From Octopus vulgaris (Eukaryota), in NCBI GenBank assembly GCA_951406725.2, contig OX597827.1:23994001-24058000 (forward strand): 64,000 bases of DNA, given 5' to 3'. Below are positions 1-11,685 of this stretch, one piece after another. Below the pieces are notes generated by a model that saw only the letters and a list, made by a program, of their open reading frames with translations, searched no databases and was not told where the DNA came from. A program made the translations under genes and the position numbers. Every line of letters starts with the position of its first letter. The stretch's first letter is position 1.

Positions 1-948
1 TCTACGTGTATCGTTTGCTGCATTCCTTAATGAGGCACTCCACATCATATCAGATACATATGAATATATCCATAGATACACACACACACACACACACACA
101 CGCATGCATGCCTGCATGAAAGTATGCACTCACAAACAGACACACACTCAAATTAGACACTAACCGAATACATTTGAAAGGGTGTATAAATAAATGTGTG
201 TGAGTGTGTAGAAACAGGAAAACTAAATGTTTATATATTTATTTGAAATTTAATATCTGACTTAAAAATAAACAATATCTTGCTATCTACACACACACAC
301 ACACACGTGCCTCTGTGTGTGTGTGTGTAAAAACATGTAACATTTGATTAAATGTATATAAAATACAAAACTATTTAAGAATTGGAGCGGGGGAGAGAGA
401 GGGGGGTAGAAAAACAGTTCACATCAAGACACAAACGAGCACTTTCTCTGACACACACACACACACAAGGTCACACTGCTACTTAAAATAGCGACACATA
501 CCAAGACATGAAGTCATTTCAAAGACTAATTACCAAAACTTCCACTTTCCTGATTCCACCAATAACAACTTACTACCCATGTGTGTGTGTGTCTGTTTGT
601 GCGTGCGCACACACATGTTCTTAGCCACAGGGCCCATTATTTGTGTTTTCTTGTGCCACATTTCATATGGCACTGTGCCAATGCTGAGTGGCATATTAAA
701 CCCGTTAGCAGTGCAGCTGAATACTACTGCACCGTCAACCGATAAACATCATTCATTCTCTATTCCTCGTATACACAATTTAACCAATCGTAAACACTGC
801 ACTGGGTTTGCTGCTAACTCCACAAATGCAGGGTTTCACCTCTGGTCATCTTTCATAGTGGCCTTACATATGTATAATCACAGTATTGACCAGGCTATTG
901 GATGTTGTTATCATCATCATCATCGTTTAACGTCCGTTTTCCATGCTA

Positions 949-983
<35 letters not shown>

Positions 984-1156
984 CACAGGCGCAGCTGTGT
1001 GGTAAGAATCTTGCTTTCCAACTACATGGTTCTGGGTTCAGTCCCACTGTGTGACACCTTGGGCAAGTGTCTTCTACTATAGCCTGGGGCCAACTACAGC
1101 CTTGTGAGTGGATTCAGTAGATGGAAACTGAAAGAAGCCCATCTTATATATATATG

Positions 1157-1269
<113 letters not shown>

Positions 1270-2892
1270 TTGTGTGTCTGTGTTTGTCCCCCCACCACCA
1301 TCATTTGACAACCGATGTCAGATGTTGGTGTATTTACGTCCCTGTAACTTAGCGTTTCGCATTGTTTTAGCTTTTGAATGATGCTACTCAACTGGTTAGG
1401 TGAGGAGGCCAACATTACCCCCTGGTCAGAAGACTAGCCCATTACGGGAGTGACGCATTTACAGCTGAGTGGACTGGAGCAACATGAAATGAAGTGTTTT
1501 ACTCAAGAGAACAACACACCTCCCAGTCCAGGAATTGAACTCCTGATCTAGTAATCATGAGTGCAACACCCTAACCAGAAGGCCACATGCACATGTATAA
1601 TAGCATCACCAAGACTACATCACAAAATTTCAGATTCTGCATTAAGCCCAGAAATTACTTCAACTGTGACCAATTGTTAATTGAATACTTCCTTTCGAGT
1701 GTTGGGCCTCACGGAGGCAATGGGCAAGACCTTTGGTATTATGTCATGCTTGAGCAGAAGACCCATCAAGCCGAACAAAATGGCAGTCGTGGAAAATACC
1801 AGTGTCATGGAAATGCCAGTGGCACATAAAAACACCCATTACACTCTTGGACATTAGATTGGCATTAGGAAGGGCATGCAGCCATAGAAAACCATGCCAA
1901 GTCAGACTGGAGTCTGGTGCAGCCTTCCAGCTTACCAACCCTGGTCAATATGTCCATTGTCCATACTAGCATGGCATTTTGTCCGATTCTAATTAAGAAT
2001 ATTAAATGGGAATAAATTGTGTGAAGTGAATCAGAGTTCAGTTTGTTTTTGTGTCATCAGAATGTGCAAAAAGTGAGTGGAGAGTTAAGAAGATAATGAA
2101 TGCCTTCACATCATCACCGAATGTTTAGTATGTAGTGGGGTTGCCAGGGTAAGTATGGCAGATCTGCTATGTTTTGTGTGAACACAAGGATTATTATACT
2201 GAATAAAATTATCCAAATGTAAAGAATCTGGAAATAGTCGTAACCAGACTGTGGCAAAAGTGAAAAAAAGAAGGAAACAAGCCTTTTAATAATAGGTGAC
2301 ATGAGAAGAATTAGAAATTAAAAATATGGATACAAACAACATTATAACCAAAAGCCCACGACATTTACGCACAGAATACAGCACTACTAAACACTACTCA
2401 CACACAGATTACAGTAACCAAGGTGTGTGTGAGTGTGTGTATTATTATCATTGTTATCGTTTAACGTCCATTTTCCATGCTAGCATGGGTTGGACAGTTT
2501 GACTGGGTCTGGAAAGCCAGGAGGCTGCACCAGGCCTCAATCTGATCTAGCAGTGTTTCTACAGCTGGATGCCATTCCTAATGCCAACCGCCCTGAGAAT
2601 ATAGTGGGTGCTTTTTACATTCCACCGGCACAGGGGCCAGAGGAACTGGCATCGACCACAATCGGATGGTGCTTTTTATGCGCCACCAGCACGGGAGCCA
2701 GTCAAAGCGACACTGACATCAGCCACGTTTGGATGGTACTTTTGACGTGCTACCAGCATGAGGGTCACAACTACAATTTACATTTGATTTGATTTTGATA
2801 TACTTGAGTCAATAGGTCTCTTCAAGCACAGCATGTCACCCTACGACCCTACAATCGAAGGTACTTTTGAGTGGGTTGGATATGCAACACTG

Positions 2893-2966
<74 letters not shown>

Positions 2967-3289
2967 CTATACAGACAATAGATATGCCCAGTGTAGAAAA
3001 CACATTGTAGTGCTCAAATGAATTTGAACTCTGAATTCTTCAGCCAAACGGCCACAGCGTCAAGAGTAGGCATAACAGAAATCCAGGCAAGCTGATATGG
3101 AGATGGTGGATCCATAATGTCCATTCATTCCACAAATATAAATTACGACTCTAAGAAACATGTGATTTGTGGAAATGCATGGAGGAATGCATTAAAATAT
3201 AAATTCTATCCATGGATTATCGTTATTATTATTATTACTATACACACACACACACATTATATATATATATATATATATATAAATATATA

Positions 3290-3806
3290 CTAGCAGTATC
3301 GCCTGGCGTTGCTCGGGTTTGTAAGGGAAATAACTATATAAGCATTTTTAGAGAGTTACTTCCCTTATAGATGCCAATTCAGGCTTTCTTAGCCATTTCT
3401 GTTTTGGTGTCTTCAAGCCATGAAGTCGTTGTTCTAAAAGAACGCTGGTCTCCTTGACAACACTTTACGACGTTGATTTGCTTACACTCCCTTCCCCACA
3501 GCTTCACGAGGGAGGGAAGAAGGGGGAGAAGCAAACAGGTGCTGGTGTGACCATGGACGCCAACTCCGCCGCCATCGACACACGAAAAATTATGCATTAA
3601 AATGGAATAAAAAATGATGTTAAATTATTTTTAAAATCGTAGACTCATCGTAGACGCGCGCTAATACTCAGACGGGCTCGATATGAATCACGACTATAAG
3701 ATACCCGAATTTGGTTAAACTGCACCGCAAAATGTGGGAGTAGTTAGGAATCTAAATCGAAGGGAACAGACACTCACACAACTACAGTTTTATATATATA
3801 TATAGA
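3290..3806 (-). mobile_element. Non-autonomous Helitron-type element, copy 1
   Basis: Minus strand begins A|TCTATATATA...AAAACTGTAG and ends ...acccgagcaacgccaggcgatactgCTAG|T: 5' TC, subterminal hairpin, 3' CTAG, A/T insertion site. Homologous to 37059-37694. Confidence 0.8.
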
Positions 3807-4115
3807 TATATATATATATACTGTTCCGTGATGGTTAGATCAACAAAAAAAGTACTCCATCTGGTGAGAAATATTATTTAATAGACACAATACAAGAAGA
3901 GGGTTGAGAATGACCTCAAAGTTTCAGCCTACTGGCCTTCATCCGTCAGTCCAGTGAAGACTAAGTAAACTGAAACTTCAAAGTTACTGTCAGCTATCTT
4001 CTTGCAAAAGTTTAATAAATGTTTTGCACTGAAAAGTATTAAATAATTCTTCAATTTAATGCCAACTTGTTTGTTTATATGTGTACACACACACACACAC
4101 ACACATATACATATA

Positions 4116-4277
4116 GGTGCAGAAGTGGCTGTGTGGTAAGTAGCTTGCTTACCAACCACATGGTTCCACTTTCAGTCTCACTGCATGGCACATTGGGCAA
4201 GTGTCTTCCACTATAGCCTGGAGCTGACCAAAGCCTTGTGAGAGGATTTGACAAATGGGAACTGAAAGAAGCCCATC

Positions 4278-4321
<44 letters not shown>

Positions 4322-4509
4322 CTGTCTCCCCACCATTGCTCGACAACCGATGGTGGTGTGTTTACGTCCCTGTAACTTAGCGGTTTGGCAAAAAGAGACC
4401 AATAGAATAAGTACTAGGTTTACAAAGAATAAGTCCTGGGGTTGATTTGTTCAACTAAAGGTGGTGCTCCAGCATGGCTGCAGTCAAATAACTGAAACAA
4501 GTAAAAGAA
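4116..4509 (+). mobile_element. tRNA-derived SINE family A with internal (TA)n; other copies about 981-1357(+), 10251-10455(-), 10797-10950(-), 10982-11378(-), 19428-19879(+), 35825-36222(+), 47845-47995(+), 48590-49042(+), 60126-60510(-)
   Basis: A-box-like tggctgtgtggt and B-box-like ggttcagtccc head; shared body (ccttgggcaagtgtcttc...gaaactgaaagaagccc) and tail (ccagcatggccgcagtcaaatgactgaaacaagtaaaag). Confidence 0.85.
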
Positions 4510-4536
4510 TATATATATACATATATATGTATATAT

Positions 4537-4845
4537 GGAAGATGCTTGTAAGCCATTCAAGAAAACACAAAAACCATTAGATTCACTTCGACATTTAAAT
4601 TTGATTTGTGTCAAAATATTTTCGGCGCTTTGAAACCACGACCTGTTCACTGACAAAACTTTGTGACAGGTCGTGGTTTGAAACTGACGAAAATAATTTG
4701 ACACAAATTAAATTTAAATGTTGAATTGAATCTAACAGTTTTTGTGTGGTTTTTAATGGCTTATAAACACCTTCCACACTGCAATCGTTTTTGCTTCAGC
4801 ACATGATTTCAGATCAAGTCACTTGCTATGCAAGTACATTTCCGT
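4537..4845. mobile_element. Fold-back element (about 120-bp inverted arms); related copy 52933-53193
   Basis: taagccattcaagaaaacacaaaaaccattagattcacttcgacatttaaatttgatttgtgtcaaaa versus its reverse complement at about 4665-4776; same sequences at 52933-53193. Confidence 0.75.
4609..4655 (-). ncRNA. Putative minimal hammerhead ribozyme with G3-C8 core variant
   Basis: tgtca-GTGAACA-ggtcg(tggtttcaaag)cgcc-GAAA-atatT-T-tgaca. Confidence 0.5.
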
Positions 4846-6835
4846 ATTATATATATGTATGTATGTATATATATATATATATATATAACGGGAAGCTTTA
4901 TGAAAATAGACAAAAGACGAAGGCAGGTGGAAAACAAACGAACAATTGTATTAGTATTGCGCTCAGGAAATATAAATAAAACAAGTCTTTAACGTTATAT
5001 ATATATATATATATATATATGTTTGTATGTATGTATGTATGTATGTATGGAATCCAAGCAGTTACATTATTAGTACTCTAATGTAATCCAGATCTGGTTA
5101 AACACATCGAATGATAGGGAACATAGAGAAATATTTACAATAAACAATTAAACAGTACTCCACTAAATAAGTAAATCACAGGCTTACTTCAATGGATTTT
5201 ATAGAGCATAGACAGAATAGAATCAAGACATCATGAAGAAGAATGGAGAATTATACATCTTCAAGATCTATTTATTAAAGCATTATTCTCATTAAATCTG
5301 TGTGTGTGTACACACACACATACACAGAACATATGGAAAGCAACACTATTAACCATCACACGTATTACATAAAAAAACACTACACAAACCAAAAGTGCAG
5401 ATAAACACAATAAAAGTACAATAAAATAAAAGTGAAATAAAAATTAATTCTGAAAAAATAACAATATTTATTGAAGGATAAAATTAAGTTGCTGGATGTT
5501 GTACTTAATTTAAGCAACTCAAAATTATTCTAGTATTTACAAATTGGCTCAACAGAGAAGTCTCTAATATGCAAGAAGTAGCAGCCATATCTGCCAAATG
5601 GCACCCTGCTGTCTTAAAATAAGAACATGTTAGTCAGTACAGTGCCCGATAAACAAAAAAGACAGGATAGTCATGGCTGGAATGCCTTTGCTTGTATATC
5701 ATATGGAGAAAGCTGAGATTAAATAACTGTTTAAGAATCACCAACTTTCTGCAGCTTCAGACAGTTTTCTAGAAGTAATTAACAACAAACATGTTATGTA
5801 ACATAGTTAAAATAGCTTTATTGTGCTTACCTTAGTTACACTGACTTTATTATGGAAGAGCTGAGTAACAAGAACCACTCCTACATACACACAGTCTTCT
5901 CTCTACACACACATAAACACACAGGGAATGGAAAGTAAAATGCTTTTTCCCAGTACCAAAGAAATGCTTGTTCATTTCTATAAACATACATTTTCCTCAA
6001 TATTTACACAACCTAATCAGGAAACAAACATATGAAAATGTTCAAATGTCCGTCACCATTACCAATTATAAACAGTCTTTGACTGTTAGTTGGAGACAGT
6101 ACTTATTCCTAATGGTACAATAATTCTGCAACACATTAAATGTCAATGTCTTCCTAACCAAGCAGAATATCACTAGTGTAAAAGAAGATTCCTCCAGCAA
6201 AGAGTCATTGAAATTCATAAAAGAGCTTATCTTCTAAAGCAACATCAGTTATATCTAGATTCCATGTGTTGTTGTGTCTGTCTCTTCACAATAACTTTAT
6301 TGATAAATTCAAGCTTGATAAACAAGACATCTTTGTTTGTGGCTTCACAGATTCCAGTGAGTCAGAGAGAGAGATTACTGCATATTTGTCCTTAGTGTTC
6401 ATTTTTAATTACCAATTAGAAGTCACATTTCCAAACACATTTCTGTAACGGAAACAAAACTACATTATCAACATCGTAATCAAGTTAACATTTGATTTTC
6501 TATACATGGGTTGGTTCAGACTGCAACACAGCTAGTCTCCACACTTTTTAATCGTTTGTTATTTTGTCTGTACGGACAAACATCCAAAGATCTGACCTCT
6601 TTTTGGAAAGAAGATATTTTTGAATTTACCCTCTGGTGATGATGATAATGATGATGATAATATAGAATGTAACAGTCTATACACCCATATTTGATAAAGG
6701 GCAAATCCATCATAACTGATGCAACATTTACAAGAAATTTTTTAATACTAAAAATGTTTTGGCATCTTAGTTAAGCTAACTGAAATGTAATGACCCATGA
6801 ACACTTTAACTACTGTGGCCCATAAACATTGTTAC

Positions 6836-6979
6836 ATGTACATTATTTACATTTGACGGATATCTGTCCTCATCTTGTTTGTTGTTAACACAACGTTTTG
6901 GCTGATATACCCTCCAGCATTCATCAGGGGTCTTGGGGAAATTTCAAACCTCAGTTCTCATTCCTAAGGTATTTTTTGA

Positions 6980-7014
<35 letters not shown>

Positions 7015-7345
7015 TCATTGCTTGGAATTGAACTCGGAATCTTGGGGTTAGTGCTTTTAACCACTATGCCATAAGCCCAAGATTCTAAGTTCAATTCCAG
7101 GCAGTGATCTGAATAATGATAATAATAATAATAATAATAATGATAATAACAACAACAATAACAACACCATCGTAAAATACCTTAGGAATGAGAATGCAGG
7201 TTCAAAATTTCCTCAAGACACCTGATGAAGGCTGGAGGGTATATCAGCTGAAATGTTGTGTTAATAACAAACAAGATGAAGACAAATATCCATCAAATGT
7301 AAATAATGTACATAATTCCTCATCTATTAAATATAGAACTGTATT
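6836..7345. mobile_element. Fold-back Penelope-like element: tRNA-like head + (AAT)n + minimal hammerhead, in inverted duplicate
   Basis: Arms 6836-7073(-) and 7076-7313(+) are reverse complements; each holds CTGATGA-stem II-GAAA(C/T)GTT-like sequence. Confidence 0.7.
7215..7262 (+). ncRNA. Minimal type I hammerhead ribozyme motif (mirror copy 6887-6934 on minus)
   Basis: acac-CTGATGA-a-GGCTG(gagggtatat)CAGCT-GAAA-tgtt-gtgt; the two copies reconstruct ...CAGCC-GAAACGTT-gtgt. Confidence 0.65.
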
Positions 7346-7558
7346 GTTATATATGTATTGTAATTCTAGGTTTGAACTAGATTGTTTTGGAGAGAATAAA
7401 TACTTGTGTAACTGAAAGACATGATACCTGACTTGGTGGTAATGATGCTGGAAACCCAAATTTTATATCAAAAGAAACCTGAAGTGGTGTGGATGCTATA
7501 CATTCTTTCATATCCAACATTACTGTTTAATACAAGCTGTGGTGCCTTTGGTAAAATG

Positions 7559-8637
7559 TAACTGACGCAACGGGTACTTGTAACTGATGCAACATTTCCA
7601 CCTACAAATATGTAACTGATGCAACACAGAAACACGGAAACCAATTAGTATTCCACATTTCTAATTTAATCAATCAAGAAGGTGAGGAATTGATCAAAAG
7701 GTAAAAACACACAACACTATGTATTCAAAATGGGTGCTGCAAAGTTCTAAATGACGTTTCTTGAAACTTATTGCAGCACATATGCATAATGTCTTAGATA
7801 AGTCAATTTAGACATTTTGCATGCATTGGATGTTAAGCTCAATGTTTAAATGCAATGTAATGGTTGAAAGTATTTTTTGATAGAATGGACAGTGTTGGCG
7901 GGGGGGGTGGGGTGCTGTAGTGGTTTCTTGCCTTCACAGGACAGAAGTCTGCTCCAAGTTTGCCAAGTATATCTTCAAGCAGTATCCAGCATATGTCTTT
8001 TGTGATTGGCCAATTTGAGGTAATATTGGGTCCACTGGCATGCATGAAGTCCACACATACATCCTTATTGACAGCAGACTCATCAATGACAGCGGTCATC
8101 CACCAAGCAATGTCATATGTAACAGCCACATAGTGACCTATCTACATATTGGTGGTTTGATCCCCAACCTGCAGAACAGAGTTGTCCTGTGCCAAAGATA
8201 TGACTGACTGCTGCATGGGAGGGGGGTACCACAGTTATCTGCTTGTGCACTGTCCATGGAAATTTCAGCCAAATTATGATCAGTGACTCGCTGTATTATA
8301 GGACTCCCACAATTACCTGCAAATGCACTGTTCACACACATCAGTGATCTGCTGCATAAGGGTTCCAATGATACTTTCAAGCACTGTGTCCCCACTGGTC
8401 TCAGAAACATCATTGAGCTGCTGCATTAGGGGCCTGGTGTTTTCATCAACATGCAGATTGTTGATAGGGGTCCCAGCATTATCATCTTCAAGCCCAGTGG
8501 AATGTGATAATGAAATAAACCAGGAGTACCTTGTAGTATTTAATACAACAATAAAAAGTAGTTGCTTCATACATTTTTCTTTTTTTCACCTGGTGCTAAA
8601 ATATTGATGCAACCATACCTACTGTTGCATCAGTTAC
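7559..8637 (-). mobile_element. Degraded DNA transposon remnant (family uncertain) with repeated TAACTGATGCAACA motifs
   Basis: Broken ORF VAVTYDIAWW...DVCVDFMHASGP...WPITKDICWILLEDIL resembles a transposase-associated C-terminal domain (from memory); motif at 6713, 7559, 7581, 7613 and inverted at 8623. Confidence 0.45.
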
Positions 8638-11460
8638 AAGACCTTCATTAATATTCAAGAAAATATAAAGTATTGTGTATAAGAATGGAATCCCCTCCTT
8701 ACAGCATGTCCTAATGGTTGCATTGTTTTAAAGTAATTATTTATCAGCATTTTGTTGGCTAAACTTATAATGCCAAAACTGACACAGCAAATTTTAATGA
8801 CCACAATAAATTCTGCTTTTGCTGACAAGCAGGATGATCTTCAAAAAAAAAAAATAATAACCCTGCCAAACTGTAGTTTTACTCTAATTTTTCCTGAAAA
8901 TACATCTTTGTAAGATGGGAAGTTAATTTTTTTATTAGGATGGAACTGGATTCCTACCTTCAGCTCTTGCAGTCAAAGCGATATCTGCTAGACTGGATCC
9001 AAGATGGCTGCCCTGGTCACATGACAATAGTCCCACAGAAGTTTATTTTTTTTACCTTTTTGAATCCTATTGACTCATGGGAACATAATAAAGATACATA
9101 AACTATGGCAGCACAGTTTTATTATAATTTTTCAGTTTTTGTCCATTTTGCATGGAATTGCCCTAATAGTGTAATACTGTCTCCATATGTTGATCCACTG
9201 TCTTCTTCATTAAGCCAAAGGTTCCACAGCTTCTGCTTAACACAACTGCCTCAAACATTATAGGGTTCAGATCTAACGTAACACACATTCACTTTTATAA
9301 TTTAAATAAGGGAGAAGCAGGAGTAGACATAACTCTACCGTCTTCCTAGAAGTTGACACAGCTTTAGCCCCCTAGCATTTAAACAGCCAAATCAAACCCA
9401 AATATCCTTATCTTTTCTATGTTCAAACTGACCAAATCTGGCCTATCACACCCATCCTACAATGTCATTCTAAAACTCAACAATCACATCACTGAAATCT
9501 TGAAGCTAGAAGATAATGCGTGATTAATACAAAATGATATGAATAAATAAGCATTACATTTGACAGAATAAGCTGAATGCTAAAGGATTAAGAATAAATC
9601 AGAGAGGAAAACAAACTTTATGGCTGCCTGCTCCCCTCTCCGGACACTGACACAACCTGTACATTGACCCTACCTCCATCCCCACCAACATTAGCACAAC
9701 CCTTCTTGACTCTCTCCAACACTGATGTAACTGATGATCAACTTCAACACAGTTTTTTCCTGTGAGTAAGAAAGAATATCCAAAGAACGGTAATTCAATG
9801 AAGAAAGAACTGGGAAAGGGTTTCATGTGGGGTCTGGCAGCGAATCCCTTTCCCTCACTTCTCTCTTTCAAACTTGGTTATATTCGTAATTTCTTGACCA
9901 ACAAAAACAAGTCAGCATGTATCTGGTGCTGATAAAAGAACAGCAGTTATCCGTGCAGCCTTTCACTGGCCCAGAGAGATCTATATTTGATCTATAGATC
10001 AATACTTCAATAAAAGAGGCCACAAGAGAGGATGGTGGAGACAAAGTGAACAGCTTCCACAATATCTCATTACGGATAGCATCAGCGTTACATAAATAAA
10101 GAACTATTACAGTTCTGTGCTTAAATAATCTAATCCAATTTTTTGGTATTGTCAGTCGATATCTGGAACTAAATCAAAGCAAATCAAATACTTGTTCCAT
10201 ACGGAGAAAGTTAATTATCTCACAAGACTGCTATGGCGCTATACTCTTTCAGTCTTTTACTTGTTTCAGGCAGCTGACTGCAGCCATGCTGGAGCATTGA
10301 CTCTATTCGAACAAATCAACCTCAGGACTTATTTTTTGTAAGCCTAGTACTTATTCTATCAGTCTCTTTTACCAAACTGCTAAGTTATGGGGACGTAAAC
10401 ACACCAACATTGGTTGTCAAGAGATGGTGGAGGGACAAACACAGACACACACAAATACATACATACATACATACCTTCGAAACGCAGAGTAGCCGAAACA
10501 GGGGCAACTGAAGAAGGGGAATATTCCTTGTGTTGTATGTCTTGTACTCTGTTTTTTCGTTGTTTGGAAAAAAGTTCGTTTTCTATGTTTTTGTTTTTAT
10601 GTTTTCATTTCTCTTTGTGTTCAATGTTTTTTTGGTGTCCTGTACCCATATATGTATTTATATATACATATATATGTAGGTATGTACATATATGTATGTA
10701 TATATGCATATGTTTATATATTATTTATGTTATTATATGATCGAATGCCACAAATCCACTTCCAAGTAAGTTTTATCTATATATATATATATATACAATG
10801 CGCTTCTTTCAGTTTCCACGTACTAAATCCACTCACAAGACTTTGGTCAGTCCAAGGCTACAGCAGAAGACACTTGTTCAAGGTGTCACACAGTGGGACT
10901 GAACCTAGAACCATATGGTTGGGAAGCAAGCTTCTTAACACACAGCCATTCCTGAACCTATATATATATATAAAATTTTATCTTGTACTTGTTTCAGTCA
11001 TTAGACTGTGGCCATGCTGGGGCACCACCTTGGAGAATTTTTAGTTGAACAAATCGACCCCAGTACTTATTTTTTTTAAAGCCTGATACTTATTCTATTG
11101 ATCCCCCTAACAAACCCACTAAGTTACAGGGATGTAAATATACCAATACTGGTTGTCAAACAGTGGTAGACCACAAACATGGACTCGTAGACAGACAACC
11201 AGACACACACACACACATGATGGGTTTCTTTCTATTTCCACCTCCCAAATACACTCATAAGGTTTTGGTCAGCCCAAGGCTATAGCAGAAGACACTCACT
11301 CAAGGTGTCACACAGTGGGACTGAACCTAGAACCATGTGGTTGGGAAGCAAACTTCTTACTGTACAGCCACACCTGTACCTATATGTGTGTGCGTGTGTA
11401 TAAATATATCAGGCACATGCCATCAGTAATTACTCAGGGTAGGCAGCTGGTGACCTTTAT

Positions 11461-11685
11461 AATAATAATAATGAAACTATTGTATACAGTGCTCAGGTGC
11501 ACTACAACTTGTCAAAAGTGCATATAAAGCATATGTAGTAATGTACAAATGTCTGGGAAGTGAACAGTGTATGAGTCAGATACATGCTTGCGTGTGTATG
11601 GAGGGGAGAAAATCAGGTGTAGTGTTGGTGAATCTCAGGAAGCATGGGAGGTTTGAAGGATGCAGTGCTCCAACAACTAACAATG
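11461..11685 (-). mobile_element. CR1/L2-like LINE 3' end with (ATT)n tail; second tail at about 36811-36860(+)
   Basis: Shared 'ttgtagtgcacctgagcactgtatacaa...cattattattat' at both sites. Confidence 0.55.

Noticed and set aside
5075-5300. Duplicated segment matching about 20440-20660
   Set aside because: Looks like an ordinary diverged dispersed repeat with no coding or structural signal.
5831-5880. Possible 50-nt minus-strand exon with strong AAG|GTAAGC donor
   Set aside because: The acceptor lacks a pyrimidine tract, and the phase-2 reading (RSGSCYSALP*) has no attractin similarity.
7011-7073. Functional tRNA gene (also the heads of SINE families A-C)
   Set aside because: A/B boxes are present but I could not form a full cloverleaf; these are repeat heads.
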